Assembly: GCF_006345805.1 (NCBI RefSeq)
Contig: NW_021832991.1
Location: 1-59,572, forward strand
DNA: 59,572 nucleotides
Direction: 5' to 3'
DNA from: Octopus sinensis
Lineage: Eukaryota
The notes beneath the pieces are model-generated. The model had not been told where the DNA came from. It saw only the letters and a list, made by a program, of their open reading frames with translations, and did not search any database. The translations under genes and the position numbers were made by a program. Positions 37,638 through 51,536 of the stretch are shown piece after piece (positions within the stretch are counted from its first letter, which is position 1; every line of letters begins with the position of its first letter).

Positions 37638-39032
37638 CTAGTTACGAGATTTCTTTTATAGTTGGCATTCGTCCCTATTTTTCTGAATATATCTTACATG
37701 TATGCCAGGAAATAAAGTGACCTACCAAGATTGTGGCCCAGATCCATATATTAGCGTGTATCTAAAGCAAAATACAATACAGTACACTTGTACGCGTGTG
37801 AGCAAATAGGAACATACAAATATATACGGTGTGCGTGTATGTGTGTGTGCATGCGTGTGTGTTTGGTGTGTACGTATGTATGTATAATTGATGCAACGCA
37901 AGCATGCAAAATTAATTACCACTGCTACTTCAATGTCATATAACACAGGAATGTCGGTTGTCCTTTTTCTTTTTCTTTTTTTTAGTGTTCCGATACGGCA
38001 ACTACAGCTTATTCGAGTATTAAATAAATTATGCAAACAAAGATTTCGTTTTAAAAATATTTAATGTCATAATTCTCTATTCACTGTACTTTTCATAAAG
38101 ACGCATGTCTCCATGTGTTTTTCTTGGGGCTTCTAATATTTGGTGAGATGTGTATTAAAATCAGTTATCAAAAACATCCATTCTTTACACCACTTGGCTT
38201 TAAATACAAAATCCACTGTTACGTGAATCACTGTTATTTTTTCCCTAAATGGTGTTATTTGATGTTATTGGAAATTTCTCCCTTGTTCATTGCTTTTCCT
38301 TTCAGAAGCAATAGCACTTTACTAATTAAAAGGTAAACTTAATTTAATCGAAGTTTTTATTTTTTCAATCTCCTATATAAAATGTGGGTGATCCTAATGT
38401 ACATATATCTACATATGTATATTCAAGAAAATTTAAGAAAGATCATGAGCGTTGAATTTGCTATTTGTTTATGTGCATGTGTTTGATTGTATGTATGTGT
38501 GTATTTGTGCGCACATGAATATTAATTCCATACGCATTCCTATATTTACGTATAACTAATATAACGGTATTTTCTAATGATGTAATGTCTCCATTAATCA
38601 AGTAAAAATTCGTTGGGAACAGCTGTAATGAATTGACACATTTATTTATTAAAATTCACTTCTCTCAGAAACTGCACCTTGCAGAGATCCGGAGTATATT
38701 ATAGGCCGTACAATGCGCTATTGATATACTCAGTCAGGTACAGTTAATCGTATACATGACCTGCATATTTTTCTTCTTGTATTTCGGTACACGCGTATGT
38801 ATTCCTCTATTTTTATTGTTTATACATTTTACTTTCGCCCCAACCGGGTGCCTTATCATTCAAGTATCTGATGCACTTGAATCCCGATCCATTGCAATAC
38901 ATATATGTACATACATACATATTATATATACACATGCAATACATTTATGCACACACACACACTCTCTTTCTCTCTTTCTCTCTCTCTCACACACACACGC
39001 ATATATAATATATAATTTTAAGAGCCAATATA

Positions 39033-39068
<36 letters not shown>

Positions 39069-39070
<2 letters not shown>

Positions 39071-39226
39071 CGCAGGAGTGGCTGCGTGGTAAGTAGCTTG
39101 CTTAAAAGCCACATGGTCCCAGGTTCAGTCCCACTGCGTGGCACCGGGTGAGTGCCTTCTAGAGTTCTATTATAGTCACGGGCCAGCCAAAGCCTTGTGA
39201 GAGGATTTGGCAGACGGAAGCCCGTC

Positions 39227-39271
<45 letters not shown>

Positions 39272-39485
39272 TATATATATATGTTTGTGTCCCCCACCCA
39301 CTATCGCTTGGTGGGGACTATCACTTGGCGTGTTTACATCTCCGTAACTTTGCGGTTTGGCAAAAGAGTCCGTTAGAATAAGTACTAGGCTTACAAAGAA
39401 TAAGTACTCGGGTCGATTTGTTCGATTAAAGGCGATGCACCAGCATGGTCGCAGTCAAATGACTGAAACAAATAAAAGAATAAAA
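39069..39485 (+). mobile_element. SINE family B, full length
   Basis: ggcgcaggagtggctgcgtggtaag...ggttcagtccc head; family B tail. Confidence 0.85.
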
Positions 39486-39619
39486 GTATATATATATAAA
39501 TATACATATATATATATATATATACCTCTTTGAAATTCAAACTTACCGAGGTATTAGCCCGGAGATAAGTTCTCTTAAGGAGACGTGTATATATACATAC
39601 ATACACATATATATATATT

Positions 39620-39651
<32 letters not shown>

Positions 39652-39709
39652 TGTATGTATGTATGTATGTAGGTATGTATGTATGTATGTATGTATGTAT
39701 GTATTAATA

Positions 39710-39742
<33 letters not shown>

Positions 39743-39744
39743 AT

Positions 39745-40440
39745 ATGCACAGTGTCCCGAAAGATATACTCACATTTTGACTCCCCGTATAACTCATAGA
39801 AACTTTCATTTCTTTTCAGATCAAATTGATGCAAATAATGGCTGAAGTACGACTAAGTTTTGATGAAAGAAAAGTTTGTATAAAATGCTACTGGAAACAC
39901 GAAAATACCATGGAAGTGTAACGACAATTTAGAAGATAGGTTCGCAAAGATCAACCAAAGTGACATATTATTGCTTGCATCTGAGATAAATTTGAATCAG
40001 CTGGAAGTGTGCAAGGAGCACTCAAGAAGACCGCGGTCATCAACCAGACCCTCAATGGATAAACAATTCCTGGAAACACTCCACTAATCCCCATAGAAAT
40101 CTGTAGGGCAAATGGCTCGTGCGACAGGAATCGCCAAATCAAGCGCCCATCGCAATTTGAAGCAAGTTATTGGAAATGTTATATTTCAGAATTAATCTAC
40201 ACTCTAGGTGAAGACGATCCTCAGCGGAGAGCTGAAGTTTGTGAGAGGTATCAGTGCAACCGCGTGAAAGTTGCTGTATTTCCATGCAAAATTATTTGGG
40301 AAAGATGAGGTCAGCTTTAAGTTAAACGGTTCAATTAATCAACACAATTGCACTTACACATAACCAACAATAGTCAATGAGCTGAAAAAGAAAATGGAAA
40401 AACAATGTCTTTCTAAATGCAGTTCTAAATAAAATTATCT
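39745..40440 (+). mobile_element. Degenerate Tc1/mariner element with DUF4817-like HTH transposase remnant
   Basis: From ~39837 'MAEVRLSFDERKVCIKCYWKHENTMEV*RQFRR'; later '[18 protein letters not shown]'. Confidence 0.7.
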
Positions 40441-40587
40441 GTGACGCTATTGAATCCATTGGTCTGCATTATCAGCTGTCTTTGAAAAGCGGTGGTTGTC
40501 AGTTTGAATCTTTGTAAACATACATCTATCAACATTATTTACATTATTTACATTTGACGGATATTTGTCCTCATCTTGTTTGTTGTT

Positions 40588-40633
40588 AACACAACGTTTC
40601 GGCTGATATACCCTCTAGCCTTCATCAAGTGTC
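40588..40633 (-). ncRNA. Minimal hammerhead ribozyme in a PLE-like terminal-repeat fragment (~40530-40690)
   Basis: GACAC-TTGATGA-A-GGCT(agagggtatatc)AGCC-GAAAC-GTT-GTGTT. 5-bp helix I, C3 to U change, extra A after A9. Confidence 0.7.
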
Positions 40634-40693
40634 TTGGGGAAATTTCGAACCTGCGTTCTCATTCCTAAGGTATTTTTCATGTTGTTGTTATCA

Positions 40694-40759
<66 letters not shown>

Positions 40760-40837
40760 TCACTGCCTGGAATCGAACTCAGAATCTTGGAGATAGTAGC
40801 CCGCGCTCTTAACCACTACGCATATGCGTGAATTCTT

Positions 40838-40884
<47 letters not shown>

Positions 40885-40899
40885 TATATATTATATGTA

Positions 40900-41125
40900 G
40901 TGTGGTCGTGTCTGTGTGTGTTGTGTTTGTTCCCCACCACCATCGCTTAACAACTGATGTTGGTGTGCCTACGTCCCCCAACTTAGCGGTTCGCCAAAAG
41001 AGGTCGATAGAATAAGAAATACCAGGCTTACAAAGAATAAGTCCCGGGGTCGATTTCTTTCGATTTAAAAGGCGGTGCTACAGCATGGATGCAGTCAAAT
41101 GACTGAAACAAATAAAAGAAAAGAA
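40900..41125 (+). mobile_element. SINE family B, 3' half
   Basis: 'catcgcttaacaactgatgttggtgtg...tgactgaaacaaataaaaga'. Confidence 0.75.
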
Positions 41126-41131
41126 TGTATA

Positions 41132-41160
<29 letters not shown>

Positions 41161-41164
<4 letters not shown>

Positions 41165-41808
41165 CGAATATGAACAAGAAGGGTAGTAAGATGAAGCTAG
41201 CCTTAGCAAACATATCTTGTGTTTTGCTAGAAAGAAGCAGAAACCGCGGTTCGAGTTAAAGTTATCGGTAAACGTTTTTGTTTTTCACTCTCGATAAGTT
41301 CATCCCCTTTTTGTGTTCCCAGCACTCGGCATCTTAATTTAGGAGCCCTTAATTGTATAACTACATGAATAATATTTTTCTATATGAATAATATTTTTGT
41401 CTTATGACTAATTCGTCTTTTGTGCTGGGCACCTGGTAGTAAATAATATTACTACCCTTCTTGTTCATATTCGCATATTACACGATGAATTTATTCGTAA
41501 ATTCTTCCCGGCATGCCTATACTGCCGTATAAATTTTGCGTCTGCGCAGAGATTTGAAAAGTTAAGATCTGCTAGTAGTTCGAGATCAACACATGGCTCA
41601 CATCGCTGCAGACCTCGATTAAATTAAGGCGACTCGCTGATGAAGCTAGCCTTAGCAAACATATCTTGTGTTTTGCTAGAAAGAAGCAGAAACCGCGCGG
41701 TTCGAGTTAAAGTTATCGGTAAACGTTTTTGTTTTTCACTCTCGATAAGTTCATCCCCTTTTTGTGTTCCCAGCACTCGGCATCTTAATTAGGAGACCTT
41801 AATTGTAT
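41161..41808 (+). mobile_element. Non-autonomous retrozyme-like element (~1.4 monomers, 451-nt period)
   Basis: Direct repeats 41190-41360 and 41639-41808, each overlapping an HHR; no ORF; 29-nt inverted copy of internal 41449-41477 at 41161-41189. Confidence 0.8.
41632..41707 (+). ncRNA. Type I hammerhead ribozyme
   Basis: ACTCG-CTGATGA-AGCT...TAGCAAA/TTTGCTA...AGCA-GAAAC-CGCGCG-GTT-CGAGT. Perfect 5-bp helix I, intact core, GC-rich helix III, cleavage predicted after 41702. Confidence 0.8.
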
Positions 41809-41809
41809 A

Positions 41810-41848
41810 TATATATATATATATATATAATATACTACTTATATATAC

Positions 41849-41879
<31 letters not shown>

Positions 41880-41942
41880 CATATATATAATATATATTAT
41901 ACATAATATATATATATATAGATATATATATATATATACTAT

Positions 41943-42030
<88 letters not shown>

Positions 42031-42048
42031 CACACATTATATATATAC

Positions 42049-42083
<35 letters not shown>

Positions 42084-42085
42084 AG

Positions 42086-42116
<31 letters not shown>

Positions 42117-42260
42117 TATATATATATTATATATATATAATATAATTATACATATATATATATATATATATATACTATATATATATATTATATATATATA
42201 TATATATACATATAATAATATATATATATTATATACTATATATATTAATATTATATATAT

Positions 42261-42300
<40 letters not shown>

Positions 42301-42371
42301 CATATATATATATATACATATATATATTATATATATATATATTATATATATTATATAATATATATATTATA

Positions 42372-42426
<55 letters not shown>

Positions 42427-42435
42427 TTAATATAT
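41810..42435. repeat. ~620-bp (AT)n field
   Basis: Directly visible. Confidence 0.95.
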
Positions 42436-42939
42436 ACCCCCCCGGCATGTGTTTTTGTTGCAGTGTGGTATATGGGGCAGAATCTGAGATGAAAAACCAA
42501 CAAGAGTCATAACAAGCGACATTCTGCTTGTGTACCGTGGTATGGTCATTCAAATTTGTCAAAGTACGAAACGAAAATCTTTTTGTACCTTCAGACGAGC
42601 CTCACGTGACTTATAAAGCAAGTATTTGTCAGTTACAGACGAACTGCCAATGCCTTGAGAGTCATCATGATCATCATGCTCATCGTCAGCGGCAGCAGCA
42701 GCAGCAGCAATAGCAGCGGTATCCTTATTATCAAACTAGCAGAATCAACTGAACGACAAATGTAGGGGCATCATCGAAAATATCATTATGTAAAATATCT
42801 TCATCAACCAATAACGCCAATAACCACCACAGTTTCTCCTCTTCCTTCTCCTCCTTATCACCACCATTAATAACAACAATATCAACAATCAATATCACAA
42901 ATAATATTATCAAAATTATTTATTATTTTCAGCAACACC

Positions 42940-42972
<33 letters not shown>

Positions 42973-44729
42973 GTCATCATCGTCGTCGTTACCGTTGTTT
43001 CCTTTATCATCACTTTTATTATTATTATTATTATTATTATTATCATTATTATTATTATTATTATTATTGTTATTATTATTAATATTATTATCATTATTAT
43101 TGCCATCATATTTCTATGGCATGAACAACATCATCGTCACCACTATGACACAACAGAGTCCAGCTGACAACAATAACAACAATATCCCCATCGTTAACAT
43201 TTTCATGATCATCATCGTTATTTCATCATCACTTCACCATTATGATCTTTCGCATAACATTTTTCGTAACAGTCTTTGCCATCGTCGCCATCATGTTAAT
43301 CATTCAGATCTCATTCATCACCCTTTTATCACCATCATCATCACTGCGATCGTCATCATCGTTCTACCCCATTATCACCAATATTACTGTCATCATCCTC
43401 GGCATCATCGTCGTCCTCATTACTATCACAATTCCCCACCACCACCACCACCGCCATTATCCCCCCACCCCTTCATCATCATCATTAAAATGTTCGAAGT
43501 CATGGTCCATGGTCAATGATGTTATTTTAATCAACTTGAATTCGCCGTGCCATGTTTATCATCAATTGTCCTTTCATTTGTGGATATCACCTTTGCCATA
43601 TCTGTCTCTCTCACTCAAACTCTCTCTCTCTCTCTTTCTCACACACTTCCCTTTTCTGTCTCTCCCACTTTCACACACACATTTTCGCTTCTATTTCTCA
43701 TTCTTTTCCCCCTCTCTTCTTCAATAGATGTCCGTTAGTTTCTCAGAGTGTTACGAATGGAAAAAATGAGACTGACGGCCGTAGATGGTTATGGGCTCAC
43801 TGCTGTAGGATTCTTTACTGCAAGATATCTGTAATTAGAAACAAATAGAAAGAAATCAATATATGCACATACGAAATACACACACGCATACAAACACATA
43901 CACATACACACATACATACACACATTAACAATTTTAGTGTTTCTCATAAGGCAAAAATATATTGCAGTATTCTTTTCTCACGTCTGTGAAACAATATGTA
44001 ATATGATTGCCTATAAAAATAAACTCGACGAAATGTCTGTAGACCTTCCCCCTTTCTCAGTCTGTTAGATATAGCTTAAATTAAACCATTCTGCATAAGA
44101 AAACAAAATAACACATTGGACACATTGGATACTGTAAATATACAAAAAACATATATCGTACTACTGAGTATTTCCACAGATTGTTTTTATCCAACACTAC
44201 AAGCATTAAACATTATTTTTATTCACAGTATCTTCTGGACGAGTGACGTCAATCTTTTTTAGGCTTTCATCAACTTTCCTCAGAGATACTGCAAGTAAAT
44301 TTACTGATAAGAATGACTTGAAAGAATCGACTGAAGTGAGTTCTTAACAGCTAGGCAGTTAATTTGATAATTAACTTAATTCTTTGTTAATAGTATCTTC
44401 TTGCAAGACTGCAAAAATTTCGTCTCAGCATGATTCGAACTCTGAGCGTAAAGTTTGATCCTGCACTCTGGTTAGAAATGATTATCTATGTGGCGGTCAG
44501 TTTACAAAAAAGTGTTAAAATACTGATTTTGGGGAAGTTTACTGCGAGGATGTGACTAAGAAAGAACAAAGCAAGCGGACTCGCAACATCCAAATTCAAT
44601 CAATTGGTGGTACTTTGGAATAATTGTATAAAAACATGTGTCGTCCTTCAGCCACGGAAATGTATTATCTAAACATGAATACTGTAAATTAAATCCTTAA
44701 CTAAAGCAGTAAAAATATGCAATATATTT

Positions 44730-44950
44730 ATACAGGACGTGGCAAAATATCCACAACCACAATACTTGATAAATGTTTCAGTAACAAACGCAGGGTGTTC
44801 ACCGGTCCAAATTGTGATGTGCTAGCGTATCATAAAGATTAAAAGAGCTTATAAAGTTTATAAAAGGTTGATTAATTATAAACCGTGAATTTGCTGTTGA
44901 GATGTTTATCAAAAATAGTGAATCTGAGATTTTTTTGTCACACCTCGTAA
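44730..44950. mobile_element. Possible mariner-type MITE
   Basis: TACAGGACGTGGCAAAA at the left versus reverse complement TACGAGGTGTGACAAAA at the right; TA ends. Confidence 0.35.
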
Positions 44951-45024
44951 TATTCAAAATGCAAGTATCTTTAACTACAACATCTTCGATTTTGATGTCT
45001 AAATCTCAGAGATGGAATTCTGTT

Positions 45025-45240
45025 TCAGGCGGCAATCGTTAAGCACACCGGGCAAAATGCCTGAAGGTATTTCGTCCGTCTTTACGGTTTGAATTCAAAA
45101 TCCGCCGAGGTCGACTTTGTCTTTCATTCCCTTGGAGTCGATAAAATAAGTACCAGTTGAGGACTGGTGTCGACATAATCGATTTACCCCTCTTCTGGAA
45201 TTGCTGGCATTGTGCCAACATTTGAAACCATTATTAGAAA
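45025..45240 (+). mobile_element. SINE family A, degenerate
   Basis: Family A blocks. Confidence 0.7.
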
Positions 45241-45991
45241 CACACACATTTTTATATGAAGAATTCCAACAAATAAAACTCTTAAGTATGTATTTATACA
45301 TATATATGTGTGTCTGTATCCGTGTCTGTGCGTCTGTGTGTGTATACGTACGTGTGTGAGTGTGTTTCCTAATATGTTTGACGGTTATAGAAGTTCGATA
45401 TTAGGTGAGAACTGTACTAATGAAATAGCTACGCTTACTAAGTTTCTGAATAACTAGGCAACTCTCACATAATCACATATATATATATGCAGGCTAATAA
45501 ACAGCTCATGTAAACAAGCGCACGCTTGCAAATGGCGGTAATTGTAATGCAATAACACTAACACGTGTGGATGTGTTAGGCGACAATGCCTTGCACACGT
45601 CCGCGCACGTTAAATACACTTGTACACAGGCATAGTACACAGCCACGCGCAGAACCTTTCATGAACAACGCAGATTTTGTGAGCACATGCACAGAACACA
45701 CATACGTGCAAGCACACGTATATACATACATATAGGTGTGCGTGTGTGAATACACGCACACACATATTTCGCTCAGACATAGTGATACTAATAACCTGGT
45801 ACTAGAACTCTGTATACATATACTTCAGAACGAAGCGTCAATGGAGTATATAGAAGTCCTTCGTATGCCTATCGTTATACGCTTTCTAAAATTTATCTAG
45901 TACTTATTCTGGGAAGGGTCTCTCCTTCAAAGTCCTGAATTAATTTCTTCCGTATGTTTATGCTTTTCATGAATAATACTTTCGTGCGTGC

Positions 45992-46027
<36 letters not shown>

Positions 46028-46149
46028 GATGCTTCCCAAATAAAATTGCACTCCATCTTTGAAGTTCCGATGAAGCTATGGAGTGATACTCGAGCATACA
46101 ACTATGACTGTATTGCATCTTATAGAAGAAACACCTAGAAGCTAATGAA

Positions 46150-46440
46150 GTTCATAGCTACGAAATTTCCCGAACCACCATTGTCCTGGGCCAAACGCAT
46201 CGTTGATATCGTGAGCTGTTTCAGCAGTTTTTCGGCCTTGTTTGAACTGAAATTAGAAAATTGTGCGAATTTGCTTTTTGTCCATGTTGTATTCAACCTT
46301 CCGGAAAAAAATGGCCTAATTATTCACAAAGTAAAAGAGTAACACGATTAGACAGAGCGAAAACGGGCGTTAAAATGATATATAAAGTCAAAGTAATTTA
46401 AAGAAAATTAATTTGAACTTACGTCATTTAAAACCAACAT
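46150..46440 (-). mobile_element. 5' fragment of a mariner transposase (Hsmar1/cecropia-like HTH)
   Basis: Minus strand from ~46286 reads 'MDKKQIRTIF*FQFKQGRKTAETAHDINDAFGPG..WWFGKFRS'. Confidence 0.7.
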
Positions 46441-46679
46441 TATAAATTCCGCAAGAACTTTCTTGACAACCTAATATTATTCTCAAACTTATCATACACA
46501 CACACACACACATACGTATGTATACCCCACCCACATATATATATGTTTAATATGTATGACATTTATACATATTGAATATATGTGAATATGCATACATATA
46601 TATGTATATACACTTATATACATACCTTCATATATAAAATACATATATACTTATATATATATATATATATATATAGATA

Positions 46680-46771
<92 letters not shown>

Positions 46772-47566
46772 GTATATATATATATATATGTGTGTATATA
46801 TATTTCTGCATTCATTTATATGTCTCAATTTACATATGCATATATATCTTTTAACCCTCACCCCTCTCTGTTTCTCTCTCATTCACCAAGTCTTTTTCCG
46901 AAATATGAATTGTACGTATCGGGCAGAATGGATTTAAGTCCGCACACATTTCTCTATATACCTTGGCAAATAAGTTAATCAACCTTCCCTTAATATGAAC
47001 ACCCACCGACCTTCCACACTATTATAATAACCTCTTGTTTCCTTCTCATCTTTCGAAACCAGGAAAGACATTCGTAATTTTTTTTTTTTATTTATTTTAA
47101 TTATTATTATACTTATTCTTTTTTATTTATTTATTTGGCAGCCTCAAGCACACGTGTGCATGTGTTAACTCCCGGTTGAGTTCTCACGTTGTTTTGTCTC
47201 CTCTTTAATTCTCTTATCATTCTCTCCTTTCACATCACTTCATTTCATTCTACTTCCTGTAAATACAGCCCCGCCCCTTTTTTTTTTACCATCATCATTA
47301 TCATTACTCTGTTTGTTTATTACTATTGTTTTGTTGTTAGTTTTTACATTTTCACATTTTTTTTCTGTTTTATTTTATATTGATTTAGTCGCCGACTATT
47401 CGTTTACGTTATTGTGGTTATTATCGTTTTTCTATGTTATTTTTTTATCGTCGCCGTAGTTTTTGTTCTTCGTATGCTTCTTGTTGTTGTTATTATTGTT
47501 AGTCGTCTCATTGCAATTACCTCCCCTCCCTCAATGTTGTTGGTCTCTTATAGAATCGTTGTACGA

Positions 47567-47599
<33 letters not shown>

Positions 47600-47658
47600 T
47601 TTCTTATTGCTGTCTATATGGTTTGACACAGTCGTTTATGTTGTTGTTATTGTTGTTG

Positions 47659-47726
<68 letters not shown>

Positions 47727-48414
47727 ATGATTTTCGTTTGCTTCTAAATGTTGGTGAGTTTGGGTAAAATTGTTTGTTTTACGTTCTGATATGTCCCTCG
47801 TTTTCTTTTGTTGTTGTTGTTGTAGATTGTAGCTGTTGTTCTTTTGATAGTAGTGGTGGCGGTGGTGGCGGTGGTGGCGGTGGTAGCGGTGGTAGCGGTA
47901 TTAAGGGCGTATTTTTTCTTGTTTTTAAGGGCGTGTTTTTCTTTACTTTTTTCTTCTTTTTACTGTTTACTTCTTTTTACTATTTTTCTCTCTACTTCCC
48001 TCCTCCCTAATTTCTACAACGGGGTCTGATGATAATGACAAGTTAATAATGTCAAAAAGTGGGCAGTAAAGAGCGAAATATACTCGCAGTGAAGAGAAAA
48101 TAAATGACTGACTTCACTGCAGTTGAGGAGGAGTAGAGACATTACCGAATGAATTACACCTCATATAATTCATTAATTAAAACATAATTGGTATAAATGA
48201 ATAAATAAATAACGATAACAAGAATTAAATAAAAATATCTAAACAACAAAATATCTAAAAGAAAAGAAGAGTCAAAAGATTTGAAGGGAAAGGATTATTT
48301 TCTAAATTTCATTGTGACAAAACAACAAATAAGAGAGTAAGAAAAATAAACACGGACAAAAACTGAAGAAAAACCAAATATTGAAAAACAAACAATGGGA
48401 GAATAAATAAATTA

Positions 48415-49095
48415 ATAAAAATGGTTTCAAATTTTGGAACCAGGGCAGCAATTTCGGGGGATGGAATAAGTCGATTACATCGACCCCAGTATTCAACTGG
48501 TACTTATTTTATCGACCCCGAAAGGATGAAAGGCAAAGTCAAACTCGGCGGAATTTGAGCTCAGATCGTGAAGACGGACGAAATGCCGTTAAACATTTTG
48601 CCCGGCGTGCGAACGATTCTTCCAGCTCGCTGCTTTCATTAGTTAATAATAATAATAATAATGATTTCAAATTTCGGCACAAAGCCAGCAAGTTCGGGAA
48701 GGAGATAAGTCGAATACTTTTACTCAGTACTTAACTGGTATTTATTTTATCGACTCCGAAAAGATGAAGGGCAAGTTCGACCGGAGCGGAATGTGAGCTC
48801 CGAACCAAAAGACGGACGAAATGCCACTAAACACTTCACTTGGCGTTCCAACGATTCGGCCAGCTCAGTAATAATAATAATCGTTTCTGTTATAGGCACA
48901 AGGCCTGAAATTTTGGGGGAGGGAGCTATTCGATTACATCGACCCCAGTGCTCGATTAGTACTCATTTTATCCTTCCTGAGAGGAAGAAAAGCAGAGTCG
49001 ACTTCGACGGAATTTAAACTCAGAACGTGCAGGCAGACGAAATGCCGCCAATCATTTTGCCTGGCGTGCTAACGATTCTGCCACCTCACTGCCTT
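48415..49095 (-). mobile_element. Three head-to-tail SINE family A copies separated by (AAT)n
   Basis: Units ~48415-48640, ~48660-48870 and ~48880-49095. Confidence 0.8.
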
Positions 49096-49097
49096 AA

Positions 49098-49178
<81 letters not shown>

Positions 49179-49189
49179 TATAAAAATGT

Positions 49190-51020
49190 GGGTTGCTACC
49201 TATTGAACAGAAAGGGTGCCGAAAGAGGAGCAAAGAACGAATGATCTGCTCTTAATTGATAATCTAATTATCAGGAATTGCACGAGAAGACACACAAACC
49301 TTGACTGTCGTAAAGCATACGGTAGGATACCAAGCTCCTGGATAATAAAAACAATGGATATGTATGGAGTAGCAGAAAAGAAGAGAAGCTTTATGAAATG
49401 CTGGAGACCGGAATTGACAGCAGGGAATCAAGTATTAGGAGAGGTGAAGATCAAGAGAGGAATCTACCAGGAGGACAGTGTATCCCCGCTGACTTTGTGC
49501 TGGGAATGATCACCTTGAGTGAAATACTACAGAAAACAAAGTTGGGGTATGATCCGGGAAGAAGTAAAGGAAGATTGAACCCCTTGCTATTCATGGACGA
49601 CTTGAAATTATTCACAAAAAGCGAGGCAGAACTGGACAGCCTAGTCCAGTTAGTGTGGATTTTCTCCAATGATGTTAATAGGGAATTTGGGCTCTCAAAA
49701 TGTGCTACGATGGTGATGAGACGAGGAAAGCTTGTCAGGACAGAAAGCATAAGGTTGCCAAATGGTAAAACGATGAAGACAATTCAACCTCAGTCCAGTT
49801 ACAAACACCTGGGAATACTTGAGGCAGATGGAATCAAACACAACGACATGAAGGAAAAGACAAATAAAGAGTACCTGCTGCGAGTGAGAAAAATATTGGC
49901 TTCAAAGCTGAATGTCAGAAACATACTTTCGGCTATAAACTCGTGCGTAGTCGTAGTAGTTCGGTATGGTGCTGTAATCCTGAAGTGGACAGAGGAGGAA
50001 TTAAATGAGATGGACAGAATGTCAAGAAAGCTCCTAACGATGCATGGAGACCATCAACCATATGCAGACACTGATCGTCTGTACATGAAGAGAGCAAATG
50101 GAGGAAACGAACTAAGTGTAGAAGACTGCGTACGTATCGAACTCGAGAGCTTAATGAGATGCTTAGCCCAAAGTAAAGAAACCTTACTAGAGTCAGTTAG
50201 GAACAAGGGAATATTGACAGCAGAAGAAAAAACGAAAAACAAAAGAAGTGCAAAAAGGACATGAAGAAGAATTACGCAAGAAAGAACTACACAGTCAATT
50301 CCATGCAGCCACGACAGAAATTGCTGAAAAAATAGGTGAGATTCGCCGAAGAAAGGAACACTAAAAAAGAGACCGAGAGCACTATACTTGCAGCACAAGA
50401 CAAAGCTTTGGCCACGAACTGGAGGATCAATCTTAGGATTGAGCAAGTGCCGCATCTGTAATAAACTGGATGAAACTATTGCCCATATCACGAACGAATG
50501 CCCTAAACTTGCCCCAAATCACTACAAGTTGGAAGCTGTGTGTGAGACACTTACACAAAAAGAATACAATCACCGCCACGATAAAGTGTGTGCATATCTT
50601 CACTGGCTCATGCCATAAATACCAATATGAAGTAACAGAGAACTGATATGATCATATACTAAGTAAAGTTATGCAAGAGGATGGAAAAGTAACGATACTC
50701 TGGGACTATGATTTTCGGACAGATCGTGTAATCGAACATCGTCGTCGACTGGATATTGTCATAGTGAATAGAGGGACAAATACTGTCAGATCATTGATGT
50801 AGCCATACCAAATGCTATGAATAGTCTGAATCCCATTGAAGCATCAAGACTTTTTAAGGCAACTGGAAATCCCATGTAAGATTGATGTCTCGCAACAAGA
50901 AGCATTATTGGACGCAACGCTCATCTTAAGGAAAGTATTAACTGTCTGAGGTCCTTGCTGTGACTTCCCAGATGACTAAAGACCCCGGTGCATTTTTTCC
51001 CTACACTGTGTTACGAAGGA
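49190..51020 (+). mobile_element. 5'-truncated R4/Dong-like RLE non-LTR retrotransposon between (TAA)n tracts
   Basis: RT 'DCRKAYGRIPSSWI', 'IKRGIYQEDSVSP', 'LLFMDDLKLF'; CCHC 'CRICNKLDETIAHITNEC'; RLE region 'ILWDYDFRTDRVIEHR..DIV'; frameshifts. Confidence 0.9.
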
Positions 51021-51035
51021 AGAATAATAATGATG

Positions 51036-51159
<124 letters not shown>

Positions 51160-51184
51160 TAACAACAACAACAACAACAACAAT

Positions 51185-51480
51185 AAAAGGGACTAATTGC
51201 TACCTAGCTCAGATACCAGGAAACCCCAAAATGGCAAAAATTCAAAAGATAGTGCTCAGGGCGACTGTCCATATCCTACGTAAAATACTGTCTATGTAAT
51301 CTCAAATTTTAAAACAAACTCATAATTTTTTGTTTCCTTAAACATTCTCTATGAACAATACTATGTGGAAAACCAAATATATGACACCCTAGGCATAACA
51401 CCATCATGAACTTCTAACTTGCTGTCTCTTGGAATCTCTGGGTGAGACTTGGAGCCAAGGTGTACAAACACAAAGCAAAA
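51185..51480 (+). mobile_element. 3' end of a second R4/Dong-like subfamily between (TAA)n tracts
   Basis: 'YLAQIPGNPKMAKIQKIVLRATVHILRKILSM*' followed by a 3' UTR and (AAT)n. Confidence 0.7.
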
Positions 51481-51485
51481 TTTAA

Positions 51486-51536
<51 letters not shown>

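Noticed and set aside
42594-42713. Possible terminal exon DEPHVTYKASICQLQTNCQCLESHHDHHAHRQRQQQQQQ
   Set aside because: Good acceptor, but it ends in simple repeats and is out of phase with the best upstream candidate; insufficient support.
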